The notes under the pieces are model-generated. The model made no database searches, was not told the DNA's origin, and saw only the letters and a list, made by a program, of their open reading frames with translations. A stretch of 63,993 nt of DNA, filler included, from Craspedostauros australis (taxonomy: Eukaryota), in assembly GCA_030167865.1 (NCBI GenBank). It is 20 parts of 20 records of this genome, joined end to end, with 100 filler letters (N's around TTAATTAATTAA, not from the genome) between each part and the next. Parts side by side here need not be neighbours in the genome. Positions count along the whole stretch, not along the records: positions 62,400 to 63,993 come from JALAGF010001923.1; 19 more parts are not named here. One strand, written 5' to 3'. How positions within the stretch are numbered: position 1 is the first letter of the stretch; every line of letters begins with the position of its first letter. This document shows, one piece after another, positions 62,300 to 63,993 of the stretch. A program made the position numbers and the translations under genes.

Positions 62300-62399
62300 N
62301 NNNNNNNNNNNNNNNNNNNNNNNNNNNNNNNNNNNNNNNNNNNTTAATTAATTAANNNNNNNNNNNNNNNNNNNNNNNNNNNNNNNNNNNNNNNNNNNN

Positions 62400-63993
62400 C
62401 AATTCGACCTGATATACTTCCCAACTAAACCTGAAATGACAACACACTCGACGACCTCAAGCATCATCAATGGAATGTGGAATTGAGAGAGCCATGGAAC
62501 GGTGATGAGTGACGTCGACACAGAAGACATCATCGCCACATCATGGGTCATCTCCACATCAGAACAAGATCGCAGAGGTGCAATGACTGAGAGCTGACCT
62601 TGAAGACAGCAACATGAGATACAACTCAATGAAGATAACATAGAACTTGAAGTCACTCAACCCAAACAGTGTCTTCACTCACCAGCTTGTCACCCTTGTC
62701 CTGAAAGACTTGATCTCTCTTGAAGGACTCGTGTGATCTCGCTGTGTACAATACCGAGTTAACAGATTAACAGTCGCAAGCACTACGTCCTGACCTGACT
62801 GAGTGAAAACGCCTCCAACCCACCGAGCTGATCCCATCAGCAACGAACCAACTGCATCACATGACGACGTGAAGCAGGAACCGAACAACAAGAGCCTTCC
62901 AAGGCAGTGCACCCGAACACACCGAGCACAGCGTATCCGCTTCTCCGTGACGAACCGAACAAGATGACAGAACCCACCGACCCCATCACCGTACTGAACC
63001 ACGTCCTCAAGGCTGTGGGTATCTCCGACGACTCCGACCATCGCCGCGTTATCATCGACGCAGCGGTGGAGAACGTTGACGACCTCACCTTCCTCACCAA
63101 GGAAGACCTCGACGGTCTTCATCGCGACATCACTCCCACCACGGGAGACCCATACTCATGCCGATTGACTGCATTGTACATTCGCAAGATCCTCGCACTC
63201 CCAATGTGGTATGACGCGCAAGCTGGCGACGACGACTCCGTCTGGCTTGGCCTGAATGCTGCGAGGCTCCAGAGCTTCATGAGAACCAAACTCAAGAAGC
63301 GCATGGATGCCTCCATGCCGACACCCGAACCCACCATGTCATCCATGGTGGCACCACCACCACCACCACCTGCACCTGTCTCTGACGAGGCCGCTGCCTT
63401 CGACAAGGGCATCAAGCGGAACCTCAGCGACTATCCGATCCTGAAGAGCGATGACCAGTTCATGATCTTCGACCGATGTCTCCGAGCCACCGCTGCAGCG
63501 CACGGTGTGAAGAACGTCGTAGACCCCGAGTACCTCCCGACCCAAGACGAGTCTGAGCTGTTCGACAAACAACTCACCTTCCTCTTCTACGTCTTGACCC
63601 ACTGCCTCAGGACCACGAAGAGCCGCAACTGTCTCCAGGCATACGCCGATGACGAGAACGGTCATGGGGTGTATACCATGCTCCGTGAGGAGTACACGAC
63701 CGGAGTAGCTGCAGCCAACAAGGCCCAGCTGATCCAAGAGGAGATCCGGAACCTCAAGCTGAACCACTCCTGGAACAGCAGCCGCGAAGCCTTCGTGAAC
63801 AGCTGGCTCAGCAAGATCAACAACCTCGAGGAGATCCAGGATGCACCTGTCTCTGAGGACTGGAAGCTCCAGTGGCTCAAGGAGGCCATCACCCCTGATG
63901 CCGATCTCTTCCGTTCCCTTGATGACGCCGATACTCTCCAGAGCAACTTGGCGTTGGCAACAGGAAAGACTGACTTCAGGCTGGACTTCGATG
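62400..63993 (+). mobile_element. Copia (CoDi-type) 5' end: LTR 62400-62764, PBS 62765-62778, gag from ATG 62964 running off the window
   Basis: The LTR is duplicated at 60144. An open frame absent from the ORF track (no stop in window) reads MTEPTDP..FDKGIKRNLSDYPILKSD..AHGVKNVVDPEY..LKLNHSW. Confidence 0.9.

Noticed and set aside
7514..62399. Regularly recurring palindromic TTAATTAATTAA flanked by Ns, superficially an array
   Set aside because: Artificial six-frame-stop spacer. It also invalidates any operon or cluster inferred across contigs, and ORF ends reading ..XXXLIN.

Overview
This is diatom nuclear DNA: it carries a silicic acid transporter (SIT), CoDi-type Copia elements, Ambal-like LINEs, a DUF6824-like protein and spliceosomal introns. 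It is not one locus. It consists of 20 unlinked contigs joined by 19 artificial 100-bp spacers (N44-TTAATTAATTAA-N44), so synteny across spacers is meaningless. Host genes: M50B peptidase, HSF transcription factor, a kinesin with degenerate switch motifs, an N-acylated PP2C, a protein with four DUF6824-like repeats, tRNA-Gln, SIT, an LRR membrane protein, a class C GPCR, a Cys-repeat membrane protein, a fucosyltransferase split over two overlapping contigs, and two paralogues of an unrecognised family ending SICPTPPGC. About half the contigs are retroelement fragments. Best leads: (1) a Copia element whose primer-binding site is complementary to the anticodon arm of tRNA-Asn(GUU), suggesting half-tRNA priming with a non-initiator tRNA; (2) a retroelement-like fragment with a Gag-like ORF followed by a degenerate cytosine-methyltransferase-like ORF; (3) a single in-frame UGA-C between Copia gag and pol; (4) an imperfect palindrome of at least 650 bp with one-sided CpG decay; (5) the pseudo-ATPase kinesin. 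All family calls come from motif recognition by eye; no searches were run.
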